A stretch of 37,176 bases of DNA from IMG/VR virus record IMGVR_UViG_3300017992_000055, one strand, 5' to 3'. Numbering within the stretch: the stretch's first letter is position 1; every line of letters starts with the position of its first letter. The stretch comes from a virus. The notes beneath the pieces were generated by a model. That model was not told the origin of the DNA, did not search any database, and worked only from the letters and a program-made list of their open reading frames with translations. Below are positions 8,389 to 16,247 of the stretch, piece by piece. Both the position numbers and the translations under genes were made by a program.

Positions 8389-9128
8389 GGTATGTCTCCC
8401 ATGTTACCGATCGGGTGCAACCGGCCGCCACGCACCCAACGTTTCAGCAGCTCACGCTCCAGGCCTTCTGGATGATGACCGCGAAAACCGCCCGTGAAGC
8501 CGGTAACCTGTATGGTATACTCTGCAAACTCCGTTTGCGATAGCAGCCATTGTAGCACCCATAAGCCGCCCGTTGGCTCCACATGGCCTTTGAAGCGCCG
8601 TCGCCTCCAAAAGTATGCTTTCAGCGCCGTACGTGCTGACATATCCACGAAGCGTATCGGCAGCTCGCTCATCTGCGGATAACGTGCGAAGAAGGGCGCA
8701 ACCTCGACGTGATGCAGATTGCACCACGACAACTTACGCGGCGCATGCATGCCCCAGCCGTCGCTGCGCATGACCCACAGCTCTGGTCTGGCAGCTAGTG
8801 CCTCCTGCGATAGGGGCAGCTTGCCTGTACTCAGATCTTTGCCAGTCCCTGTCGAGGCGCCGCGGAATGCCAACGCCGTTGTCTTAGTGCCGGTCAGCCC
8901 TAACGGGTAGTAGAAAGCCATCTGGAAGCGTACGACTTCGTCAGCGTCGTCGATGATCTCCGACAGGTCGACAGTCGGCTCAGCGTTTCCGACGACTACC
9001 ATAGTCTTGGCCATGACGCCTCCGTGCGAGTGCGCGCAGTCAGGATTCGAACCTGCATTTCTCCGTTGGCTACACTTAGGTTCCGGCAGCGCTACCTTTC
9101 CCGTTCTCGCCCGCGGTTGACTGTCCAA
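8379..9128 (-). CDS. putative CMP-sugar-dependent glycosyltransferase, paralogue of 7154-7744
   Basis: MAKTMVVVGNAEPT...IDDADEVVRFQ and a RGHHPEG His motif. Confidence 0.4.
   Translation of the reverse strand: MDSQPRARTGKVALPEPKCSQRRNAGSNPDCAHSHGGVMAKTMVVVGNAEPTVDLSEIIDDADEVVRFQMAFYYPLGLTGTKTTALAFRGASTGTGKDLSTGKLPLSQEALAARPELWVMRSDGWGMHAPRKLSWCNLHHVEVAPFFARYPQMSELPIRFVDMSARTALKAYFWRRRRFKGHVEPTGGLWVLQWLLSQTEFAEYTIQVTGFTGGFRGHHPEGLERELLKRWVRGGRLHPIGNMGDIPCE
9040..9125 (-). other. tRNA-like element (T-arm GCAGG-TTCGAAT-CCTGA) without a resolvable cloverleaf
   Basis: Hand-folding failed; may be a pseudo-tRNA or an atypical tRNA. Confidence 0.2.
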
Positions 9129-9147
9129 TCAGCCTATACGCGCGAAG

Positions 9148-9221
9148 TCTAAGTGGCAGGATTCGAACCTGCGGCCTTCTGGCCCCCAGCCAGACGCTCT
9201 ACCAGACTGAGCTACACTCAG
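9148..9221 (-). tRNA. tRNA-Pro (GGG)
   Basis: Anticodon stem TCTGG/CCAGA, loop CTGGGGG, T-arm GCAGG-TTCGAAT-CCTGC. Confidence 0.55.
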
Positions 9222-9838
9222 ATTAGCCAATCGTTTTCATCCTGCATACGCTGGATTTTCTTGGTCTGCTTGATATGCCAGTTGTAGTGGCACATATAGC
9301 GATTCTCGCTCAGCTGACTGTTCAGCTGGTACCACCCAGACGGGTACATCAGCGGGTCCAGCATGACCATGTCCACGACATCAGGCTCTTTCCGCAACCT
9401 GTGCTGGATACGCATCTGATCGTCGCAGTATTGGCGGCGCCGGCGGTACTTAGGCAGGTTCGCAGGGTCCAGCAGGTCCAGCGTCGCTGGCGTCGGTGCC
9501 GCGGCGAAGAATCCTGCGCACACCTTGTTGTCGCCGTCCGGACAGTCACGTTGGAAGACGATGTCGTGGCCTTCAAGCGTGCGCTCCAAATCCTTACGCG
9601 GATCACGGCGGAAAACGACGTCGACGTCGGTCCAGATGACGACCTCGCCTTTCAGAAGCTCCTTGCGTACGAGCCTGACCTTCTGCATCATCATCTGTTC
9701 GAACAGCTCGGTACCGTACGGCTCGCCGTGCACCTGCATATCGTGGATCTCGATGCCAACGCCGATGCGCTTCAACGACGCGAGCATGTTTTGCACCAGC
9801 GGACCCACTCTTTCGGTGCACATCGAAATCAATTTCAT
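9218..9838 (-). CDS. nucleotide-diphospho-sugar transferase-like glycosyltransferase
   Basis: DxD-type motif WTDVDVVF. Start taken at MKLISMC (9838), which avoids overlap with tRNA-Arg. Confidence 0.45.
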   Translation of the reverse strand: MKLISMCTERVGPLVQNMLASLKRIGVGIEIHDMQVHGEPYGTELFEQMMMQKVRLVRKELLKGEVVIWTDVDVVFRRDPRKDLERTLEGHDIVFQRDCPDGDNKVCAGFFAAAPTPATLDLLDPANLPKYRRRRQYCDDQMRIQHRLRKEPDVVDMVMLDPLMYPSGWYQLNSQLSENRYMCHYNWHIKQTKKIQRMQDENDWLI

Positions 9839-9846
9839 AGGTGAAG

Positions 9847-9916
9847 TACCCTCGGTAGGATTCGAACCCACGTGGAACGGTGTAGAAAACCGTGGCCTAT
9901 CCTCTAGGCTACGAGG
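9847..9916 (-). tRNA. tRNA-Arg (TCT)
   Basis: Acceptor GCCCTCG/CGAGGGT, anticodon stem ACGGT/ACCGT, loop TTTCTAC. Confidence 0.6.
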
Positions 9917-9928
9917 GCATTATAGCAG

Positions 9929-10000
9929 TCACCCTACCTGGGGTCGAACCAGGGCCTCGGCCTTCGGAGGGCCGCGTCTTGTCCTCTCGACTATAGGGTG
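9929..10000 (-). tRNA. tRNA-Arg (CCG)
   Basis: Acceptor CACCCTA/TAGGGTG, anticodon stem CGGCC/GGCCG, loop CTCCGAA. Confidence 0.6.
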
Positions 10001-10151
10001 GTTTGTGGCGGGCCGGGGCCGCAAGCAGGCCACCGGCAACTTTCATGAGGGGTCCGCGTCAAGTGCATAACAGACTCCTTCCTTTAGAACAGGTGACCAA
10101 AAAGTACGGGCGGTCGGTTACGATCCGACGATCCTAGCGTGGAAGGCTAGT

Positions 10152-10177
10152 GTGTTGCCAATTACACCACACCCGCA
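10152..10177. repeat. direct repeat copy 1 (GTGTTGCCAATTACACCACACCCGCA); copy 2 is at 10842-10867
   Basis: Two 26-bp copies with one mismatch flank the HNH gene. Confidence 0.5.
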
Positions 10178-10731
10178 GACTGTCTTCTTGGCAATAATTT
10201 GATACCAAGCTGGCGACAACGCTTCTTGATGGCATTGTCGCTTACGCCGAATAACCGCCCCACAGCCGTATACGTATTCGAAGCAACAAGCTGTTCGAGC
10301 TCTTCTCGAGACGGATCGAAGCGTTTTTGTTCACCGTTATGGCACATACGGCTGCAATACTGCTGCTTCTTTGGTTTCTCTACGCCGCACACAGGGCAAG
10401 CATCAAATTCGCGTTGGCGCAGCGTCATCACGTCGGCATAGTCTTCGTTAAATCGTGGATAGTTCGCTGGAAGCGCCGCGACGCCGGCGTGCAATTCCCG
10501 ATGGCAGCGGCAGCAAAGCAATACACACTTGCGCGCCTCTCGTACGATCTTTGCCCACGCGTAACCGTTGCGCATAGCTACGCTGAGCGCTTGATCCTTA
10601 TCCTCCACGTGATGGTAATCGAACGCCGCGCGGCAGGCGTCGTAACCACAGATTGCGCACTTATTGCCAAATGCAGCAGCAAGGTACTCCCGCACACGTT
10701 GGCGCCATCGCTTTTTTCTATCTGGTTTCAT
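10162..10731 (-). CDS. HNH endonuclease with a C-terminal zinc ribbon and HTH domain
   Basis: HNH core: CAICGYDACRAAFDYHHV...KCVLLCCRCHRELH. Start taken at MKPDRKK. Confidence 0.6.
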   Translation of the reverse strand: MKPDRKKRWRQRVREYLAAAFGNKCAICGYDACRAAFDYHHVEDKDQALSVAMRNGYAWAKIVREARKCVLLCCRCHRELHAGVAALPANYPRFNEDYADVMTLRQREFDACPVCGVEKPKKQQYCSRMCHNGEQKRFDPSREELEQLVASNTYTAVGRLFGVSDNAIKKRCRQLGIKLLPRRQSAGVV

Positions 10732-10745
10732 GATTGAGCTCCTTT

Positions 10746-10776
10746 GATAGCTATGGCACACTATGCCATAGCTATC
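10746..10776. promoter_or_regulatory. perfect 13-bp inverted repeat GATAGCTATGGCA-n5-TGCCATAGCTATC upstream of the HNH gene; candidate operator overlapping a TTGACC -35 element.
   Basis: Read directly from the sequence. Confidence 0.35.
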
Positions 10777-10841
10777 GCTGGAGGTCAATACTAGTACGGG
10801 TGCCGGGCAACGATCCCGAAACTCCGGACTGGCAGTCCGAC

Positions 10842-10867
10842 GTGTTGCCGATTACACCACACCCGCA
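10842..10867. repeat. direct repeat copy 2 (GTGTTGCCGATTACACCACACCCGCA)
   Basis: Matches 10152-10177. Confidence 0.5.
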
Positions 10868-11006
10868 AAAAGCAGAACGGGCTACTCACGCCGCGGCCCA
10901 GCTGGAAGCTACCCAGCCGGGGTGCGCGGATGTAGGGCTCCGGACAGATGTATCACGGTACCCATCAACACCGCCGGGCAACCCAGCTTCCCCGCTCTGC
11001 TGTACG

Positions 11007-11750
11007 TTACTCTTGATCGCTGTATTGTATCGGTTCCTCGGGGCACGTACAGGGATGCGCGTCTCGGATTGCGCTTGCCGACGAGTTCTTCTGACAATCA
11101 GCATTGCGAGGATCATGCCGCTTCGGGATGAACGTAACTCTGTCACACGTGCATGGCTTGAGCGTGCCATGCGACAACGCCTTAGCGCCGTTCCAGGGAC
11201 AATCCTCGTTATCAGGGTTGTGATTCTGGATGTACGCGTTCGGCAGCGCTGCGACCGGCGTTACCTTAGGGCACGTGCAGCCGGCTGGTTTGTCCTCCGT
11301 TGCAGAGTTCCACAGGCAGTCCGGGTTGTCCGGATCGTGGATGCGCCCGTCGGTGCCGATCGTCCGCGGTTGTACGTCGCCCGGCCACTCCCACACAAAG
11401 TTCTGTGTGAATCCGCCATGCGTCTTGCGCTTCATGGCTGCAGCTTGCTCAGGATCGAGATAGCGGTGCCACTGTTGCCCTACGTAGCGTAACGCCTCGT
11501 AGACGTCGCCGATCTCGCGCTCGATAGCCTTGAACACTTCGGCACGTTTCGGATCCAAGTCTTGTCGTACAGGCAAGCGCTGGTACTCGCGAATGGCGTC
11601 CAGCAACTCTTGCGCCTCTTCGACTACCTTCTCTGCGCCGAGCAGCTGTCTGCTCTCGCCGGGTGGAATCTGCCGGATCGTTCCGTTGAGCGGACCCTCG
11701 CCGGCTAGTCGTCTACCGGGCACAAAGTCCCGGACCAGTTTGCTTCCCAT
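11007..11750 (-). CDS. MazG-like nucleoside triphosphate pyrophosphohydrolase with a C-terminal triple Cys-repeat domain
   Basis: MazG EExxE helices (LGAEKVVEEAQELLDAI and EIGDVYEALRYV), followed by three DPxNxDC...CTC repeats. Confidence 0.55.
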   Translation of the reverse strand: MGSKLVRDFVPGRRLAGEGPLNGTIRQIPPGESRQLLGAEKVVEEAQELLDAIREYQRLPVRQDLDPKRAEVFKAIEREIGDVYEALRYVGQQWHRYLDPEQAAAMKRKTHGGFTQNFVWEWPGDVQPRTIGTDGRIHDPDNPDCLWNSATEDKPAGCTCPKVTPVAALPNAYIQNHNPDNEDCPWNGAKALSHGTLKPCTCDRVTFIPKRHDPRNADCQKNSSASAIRDAHPCTCPEEPIQYSDQE

Positions 11751-11762
11751 CGTATCTCCTTT

Positions 11763-11778
11763 TTGATCATGAGATCAA
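11763..11778. promoter_or_regulatory. 16-bp motif TTGATCATGAGATCAA; inverted copies at 19135-19150 and 30905-30920
   Basis: Three exact copies within 37 kb. Confidence 0.4.
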
Positions 11779-11780
11779 TT

Positions 11781-12059
11781 TTACCAGCGGATTTCGGTGA
11801 ACGGCCGCGAGCACGGATGCCCGGGGTCTGGGTCGTCATGCCGAATCACCTCGAAGCCGTCTTGGCGAAGCCGCATGAACACGGCGCGCTCCTCTGCCGG
11901 CGTCGGATGCTTTTTGAAGTTTGTGAACGGATTCATTATGCTGCTGCGGCCTTGCAGCGCAGCGCCTTTGATCCGTTCGTAGATAGACGCCAGGATCGGT
12001 TCGATCACCGGCCCTTGCAGGTTCTTGCGCGTGATGTCGCGCGCTTCATCAGCTTTCAT
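11781..12059 (-). CDS. hypothetical protein
   Basis: ORF of 92 aa. Confidence 0.35.
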   Translation of the reverse strand: MKADEARDITRKNLQGPVIEPILASIYERIKGAALQGRSSIMNPFTNFKKHPTPAEERAVFMRLRQDGFEVIRHDDPDPGHPCSRPFTEIRW

Positions 12060-12363
12060 CGTCGTCTCCGTGCATGGCCGACAGCAAACCGAGCAGCTCG
12101 AAGACGCGCTTGGCGTCTATGGGCTTATCGGGCGTTAGCTGTTCGGGCTGGATTTTCTCGTCGCCGAAGTAGCTGTAGCCGTGGGCGACGTCCGGACTCA
12201 ATGTCAGCTTGGTTTCGACCCACTTGTCGAAATCGTCGCCGAGTTCGTCTTCGGCTTCTGCGAGCAGCTTGCCGAGTTCATGGGCCCGCAGCAGTAACGC
12301 TCGGCCCATGCGCATCACACCCAGATGGTGCTGATGGATCTTGCCTATGGTTTCTTCAGACAT
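12049..12363 (-). CDS. hypothetical protein (MSEETIGKIHQHH...)
   Basis: Internal start chosen to avoid overlap with the upstream gene. Confidence 0.35.
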   Translation of the reverse strand: MSEETIGKIHQHHLGVMRMGRALLLRAHELGKLLAEAEDELGDDFDKWVETKLTLSPDVAHGYSYFGDEKIQPEQLTPDKPIDAKRVFELLGLLSAMHGDDDES

Positions 12364-12623
12364 CACTTTCCTTTCTCTGCTAGCTCTGCTAGCGTATCGC
12401 CGTGACAGGCCTGCGGGGCGCAATAACAACCAAGCACTTTGCCGCGCAGTGTTGGCAAAAGCCATAGCAAATGCGGCTGCGTTTGCAACCATGCTCGATA
12501 TTTGGCAATCACCTCTGCGCGTGTACCATCTGGGCCAATACGAAAAGGATTGCCCCAGATGCTCCCACGTCCGATATAGATATCGAACGGCTCGCGTTTG
12601 CAATGTACGACACGTGTAGTCAT
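12363..12623 (-). CDS. DUF4326-like protein
   Basis: VVHCKREPFDIYIGRGSIWGNPF...GCYCAPQACHGD; start at MTTRV so the gene abuts tRNA-Ser. Confidence 0.4.
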   Translation of the reverse strand: MTTRVVHCKREPFDIYIGRGSIWGNPFRIGPDGTRAEVIAKYRAWLQTQPHLLWLLPTLRGKVLGCYCAPQACHGDTLAELAEKGK

Positions 12624-12625
12624 AG

Positions 12626-12709
12626 CGGAAGCGGCAGGGCTCGAACCTGCAACGGGTATTTCACCGCGACTGGCTTCCAACCAGTTTCCTATCCATTCGG
12701 CTCGCTTCC
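12626..12709 (-). tRNA. tRNA-Ser (GGA), class II
   Basis: Acceptor GGAAGCG/CGCTTCC, anticodon stem ACTGG/CCAGT, loop TTGGAAG, long variable arm. Confidence 0.55.
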
Positions 12710-12824
12710 GGGACCGCATGGGCTAAGCAAGGCCCTCTCGTCGAGCGGCTGCGACGGGTTGTGAGTATGGCGTCCCTCACTCATCCACGGACGGTCGGTG
12801 ATACCCGCCGACAGGTCTCGAGAG

Positions 12825-12909
12825 TGGGAGCGGAAGGATTTGCACCTCCATTAGCACACGTTGTGCAACCGCCGTACGAACGGCACGTCCTCCTGGGACA
12901 GCACTCCCA
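12825..12909 (-). tRNA. class II tRNA-like gene with an atypical 6-nt anticodon loop (TTCGTA); identity unresolved
   Basis: Acceptor GGGAGTG/CGCTCCC, D-arm GTCCCAGGAGGAC, variable hairpin GCACA-ACG-TGTGC, T-arm GGAGG-TGCAAAT-CCTTC. Confidence 0.35.
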
Positions 12910-13113
12910 TAACCGCGCGCCAAGGCTAACACGGCAGCGGCCAGGCCTGACCGCCACGGTGCGTTACGTTGGCATACGCTGGCGCGGTCAGCGGCCTTGT
13001 GCCCATGGCAGGGCAGAGGAACAGTTACTCGCATCGAACTGACAAGAAGTCGCGGCTGATGCTCTCACCACGCGAGGAGGCTGGTGTTATCGTACACCTG
13101 CAAAAACGTCGAG

Positions 13114-13194
13114 CGGAAGCGGGAGGAGTCGAACCTACCTACCGTTTGACCGGCGACCGGCTAGCAACCGGCTTGCCCCCGTGGGCCACACTTC
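13114..13194 (-). tRNA. tRNA-Ser (GCT), class II
   Basis: Anticodon stem GCCGG/CCGGT, loop TTGCTAG, long variable arm. Confidence 0.5.
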
Positions 13195-13200
13195 CGTCAG

Positions 13201-13283
13201 CGGAGGGAGAGGGAGTCGAACCCACAAGGCTTGCGCTCGACGGTTTTCAAGACCGCTGCAGTCTCCGATCTGCTTGTCCCTCC
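13201..13283 (-). tRNA. tRNA-Ser (TGA), class II
   Basis: Acceptor GGAGGGA/TCCCTCC, anticodon loop CTTGAAA, long variable arm. Confidence 0.5.
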
Positions 13284-13483
13284 TAGTCTTCATCCCAGTT
13301 GTCACTGGGTAGCACGAATCCATGTTCTGTGTTGTCGTCGAATACCAGCTTGATGCATGGCTCTTCGCCGAAAGCGCCTTCTACCTCCGTTTTGTAGATG
13401 GCTACGATGGTCTTGCCCACCACGTCTTCTAGGGCGCATTCGCCGCTAGGTTCGCCCGGCAACTGCCCTGCGATCAGCTTCAT
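13283..13483 (-). CDS. hypothetical protein
   Basis: ORF; start uncertain. Confidence 0.3.
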   Translation of the reverse strand: MKLIAGQLPGEPSGECALEDVVGKTIVAIYKTEVEGAFGEEPCIKLVFDDNTEHGFVLPSDNWDED

Positions 13484-13742
13484 CCTTCGGTTCCTTCGGT
13501 AATGAGTCTCCGGTGTTTTCACGGTGCGTGCGCACCGCCTTCTGTATGTCCGGTATCTTGCCGGACGTCTCGCCCACGAACGTCACGACCCAGCCATCTG
13601 ACCAACGGCCGTAATCGTCCTGCAGTTTGACAACGCCGCCCAGCTTGGCGAACTTCTTCGGTATGAAGGAGACGATCTTGGCGCGCTTGTCGTCACGCCA
13701 TTGCTCTAACACACACTGGCGATAGTCAGTCTTCTTACTCAT
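13446..13742 (-). CDS. hypothetical protein (MSKKTDYRQCV...)
   Basis: Internal start chosen to avoid overlap with tRNA-Val. Confidence 0.35.
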   Translation of the reverse strand: MSKKTDYRQCVLEQWRDDKRAKIVSFIPKKFAKLGGVVKLQDDYGRWSDGWVVTFVGETSGKIPDIQKAVRTHRENTGDSLPKEPKDEADRRAVAGRT

Positions 13743-13756
13743 GGCTTCCTTTCGAG

Positions 13757-13831
13757 TAGGCCCAGTTGGATTTGAACCAACGTCCACCGCGGTGTAAACA
13801 CGGCACTCTGGCCGGGCTGAGTTATGGGCCT
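13757..13831 (-). tRNA. tRNA-Val (TAC)
   Basis: Anticodon stem CCGTG/CGCGG, loop TTTACAC, T-arm GTTGG-TTCAAAT-CCAAC. Confidence 0.55.
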
Positions 13832-14013
13832 TTGTAGTAAAACGAGGGCAAAGGTGGTGCCAACGGCGGGACAGCTTGAACGCCGTACTGCGCTCCTGCC
13901 ACATATCGACCAACCACGGCGTCCAGCGCAGGCTCCGACGAGTACGCATCCGAGCAGCGTTAATGCACCGTAACTAGCTTTCTTATCCTCCCACCTTCAC
14001 CGTCGTGGGCGCA

Positions 14014-14175
14014 TTAGCCCTTAGGCTTATCATTCGTTGCGTCGATGTACGGGCCATTGCCCACGGCGAATTCGCCGCACTTATGGCAACATAGCGTCAA
14101 CGCAGCGTCGCTAATCCGTATCAGTTCTCGGCGGGCGCGATCGCCACACCACGTACACGCATCCATGTTCTTCAT
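14014..14175 (-). CDS. small zinc-ribbon protein (MKNMDACTWCGD...CCHKCGEF)
   Basis: Internal start avoids tRNA-Arg; carries a CxxC...CxxC motif. Confidence 0.35.
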   Translation of the reverse strand: MKNMDACTWCGDRARRELIRISDAALTLCCHKCGEFAVGNGPYIDATNDKPKG

Positions 14176-14204
14176 CGCGTATTCCTTTCGTTGGGAGAAG
14201 TGAG

Positions 14205-14275
14205 CAGGTCCTAGAGGAGTCGAACCTCTTCTTGCGGTTTCGTAGACCGCCGTGCATCCAGCACACCCAGGACCT
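14205..14275 (-). tRNA. tRNA-Arg (ACG)
   Basis: Anticodon stem GCGGT/ACCGC, loop CTACGAA. Confidence 0.55.
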
Positions 14276-14339
14276 AGCCCAGTAGGGAATGGTACGGCCC
14301 CTACTGGCACAGCGCCGAAGCGCCACGGTGCTGCCACCG

Positions 14340-14495
14340 TTAAGTTCGCTTTTCGTTTGGACAGCCGCGCTCGTGGCACGGCTTGCCGTTGATGACCATT
14401 GCGTTGCATTTGGAGCATTTGACGTCACAGTAACCCTCTCCGCGCGGCTTAGACGATAAGTCGAAACCAAGGCGTTTCAGTTCTTGCGTAGTCAT
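14340..14495 (-). CDS. small zinc-ribbon protein (51 aa, MTTQELKRLGF...CDVKCSKCNAMVINGKPCHERGCPN)
   Basis: AAGGAGAC ribosome-binding site upstream; absent from the ORF track because it is under 60 aa. Confidence 0.35.
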   Translation of the reverse strand: MTTQELKRLGFDLSSKPRGEGYCDVKCSKCNAMVINGKPCHERGCPNEKRT

Positions 14496-14511
14496 TATAG
14501 TCTCCTTTCAG

Positions 14512-14581
14512 ACGCGCCGTTGGGATTCGAACCCACTTTGACGGTTTTGCAGACCGCCGCCCGGCCACCGGAAGCGGCGCG
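14512..14581 (-). tRNA. tRNA-Cys (GCA)
   Basis: Anticodon stem GCGGT/ACCGT, loop CTGCAAA. Confidence 0.55.
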
Positions 14582-14750
14582 TATGTTAATCCGGCAGGTA
14601 CACCTTACGGTAAGCACGCTGTCCTAACCAGGCAGCTCCTTCTACCCATTCCTGTGCTTCTTCAACCGTCTTGACTGATTCACCCGTCGGCTTCGGTGAC
14701 GAGAACATAGTGCCGTCGCCGTCCTCCATCAGCACATAGATGTAGTACAT
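14580..14750 (-). CDS. small hypothetical protein (56 aa, MYYIYVLMEDGDG...)
   Basis: AGGAGGAGAC ribosome-binding site upstream of the ATG. Confidence 0.3.
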
Positions 14751-14760
14751 GTCTCCTCCT

Positions 14761-15249
14761 TTATGCTATCCGTCCCGCCAGCCAGTTGGAAGGTGGCCGC
14801 CAGTTGTTGTAGTCGCGGTAATGCACGACGGTGTAGAACAGGCCGCTGGCCGCCACGTCGTCTGGTTTCAGCCACCGCGGGTCAGCGCCACGCGCGCGCT
14901 TGTACGCCTTGCGCACAACGCTTACACAGTTCTCGCCACGGCGTTCGCGCCGCAGGAACCGAAAGATCGAGGCGATCTTACGGTACTTGGTGCCTACAAG
15001 GCTGCGCGCATGTTGCGCTGCTCGGTAACCTAGCTGCGCATCTGGATTACGCAACAGCAGAAATTCTGGATACCGCGCTATGAAATCTGCAAGGTGTACG
15101 GCGATCACCGCATTGGGCTTGGCCTGCGCCTCGATGACGTACGTCCCGGCGGATATGGCGGCGTGGTTCCAGTATCCAGGACTATCGTTGCCCACTGCGT
15201 CGGTGTTCCGGGTGAGGAACACGTCGCCAGCTCGACTAATGTGTGACAT
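14761..15249 (-). CDS. possible permuted papain-like (YiiX/NlpC-P60 superfamily) peptidase
   Basis: A PGYWNHAAIS-type motif; start taken at MSHISRAG, which has an AGGAGAAGC ribosome-binding site. Confidence 0.3.
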   Translation of the reverse strand: MSHISRAGDVFLTRNTDAVGNDSPGYWNHAAISAGTYVIEAQAKPNAVIAVHLADFIARYPEFLLLRNPDAQLGYRAAQHARSLVGTKYRKIASIFRFLRRERRGENCVSVVRKAYKRARGADPRWLKPDDVAASGLFYTVVHYRDYNNWRPPSNWLAGRIA

Positions 15250-15269
15250 AGCTTCTCCTTCGTTGTCAG

Positions 15270-15342
15270 CGGACTGGGTGGTGCTCGAACCCACGTCTCG
15301 TGCTCTTCAGGCACGCGCTATACCGTCTCAGCTACCAGTCCA
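15270..15342 (-). tRNA. tRNA-Phe (GAA)
   Basis: Acceptor GGACTGG/CCAGTCC, anticodon stem CGTGC/GCACG, loop CTGAAGA. Confidence 0.55.
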
Positions 15343-15372
15343 TGTTCCCGAAATTGCTTTCGGGGACATCAT

Positions 15373-16020
15373 CTAAACCTCATGTACGCCTATGTTTACG
15401 GCCAGCGACTCGTCTTTTGCCGCCGCCGCCAGAATGTCCTGGAAGCGTACCATCTCCTCGGGCGCCATTGTGACATGGGCGGCGACGCGGCCGTTCACGA
15501 AGAGCATGCCGGATGTGAAATAGTCGCCTTTGGCTACGTGCAGTATCTGGAATGTCATGCGAAGGCGTTCCACCGGAGCGTTCTTGCAACCTAGGAGGAG
15601 CAGGACCTCGTTCCGGACATCTTTCAACCTGAGTCCTAGGTTCAGCAATACCTGCGACGCAGTGCCTTCGCCTTCCCGAAGCAGTCCCAGCAAGATGTGC
15701 TCGGTGCCGACGTGGTTGTGGTTGAGCAGCCGCGCCTCGTCCATAGCGAACTCTATGACCTTCTTGGCCCGGGGCGTCTGCGGCAGCTTGCCCATGGTCA
15801 CCATATCGGGACCGCTCTGGACCAGCTTCTCCACCTCGAGGCGGATCTTCCGCACGTCGTAGCCTAGATTCTGCAGCGCGTTGGACGCGACCCCGCTGCC
15901 CTCCTTAATCAGTCCCATCAACACATGCTCGGTGCCGACGTACTCGTGGTTGAACCGCTGGGCCTCTTGGTTGGCCAGCTGAAACACCCGTCGTGCTCGA
16001 TCCGTGAACTTCTCGTACAT
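15373..16020 (-). CDS. stand-alone Clp ATPase N-domain protein (double Clp_N repeat) with a 70-aa C-terminal extension
   Basis: Two Clp_N repeats (FTDRARRVFQLANQEAQRFNHEYVGTEHVLMGLIKEG and TPRAKKVIEFAMDEARLLNHNHVGTEHILLGLLREG); no AAA+ module follows. Confidence 0.65.
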   Translation of the reverse strand: MYEKFTDRARRVFQLANQEAQRFNHEYVGTEHVLMGLIKEGSGVASNALQNLGYDVRKIRLEVEKLVQSGPDMVTMGKLPQTPRAKKVIEFAMDEARLLNHNHVGTEHILLGLLREGEGTASQVLLNLGLRLKDVRNEVLLLLGCKNAPVERLRMTFQILHVAKGDYFTSGMLFVNGRVAAHVTMAPEEMVRFQDILAAAAKDESLAVNIGVHEV

Positions 16021-16247
16021 ACATACTCCTTCCGTGTGCGACCGCCAGGCTGGCTAAACCCAGCGGTCGCCTGATATTGGTTGACTTGTCAAAGATCATT
16101 GTTGCTGCGGAGTTCGTGTGCCATCACCTTGCTGGCGCTTACGATCCGCAGTTCGGCCAACACCGTACTCGCCGGCGCTGACCGAACGTTTGTTCCGCTG
16201 CAGACGTCGCCTGCGGCGTTCGAGTTTCTTCTGCTTCTTATTCATAG

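Noticed and set aside
10734-11492. Plus-strand 252-aa ORF starting at a TTG, whose N-terminus mirrors the HNH N-terminus
   Set aside because: The resemblance (SFDSYG.LCHSY) arises because both strands read the 13-bp perfect palindrome. The rest is antisense to the MazG gene.
12910-13113. Possible tRNA in the gap between the class II tRNA-like gene and tRNA-Ser(GCT)
   Set aside because: Only isolated hairpins (CAGTT...AACTG, GGTGT...ACACC) are present; there is no T-loop consensus and no acceptor pairing.
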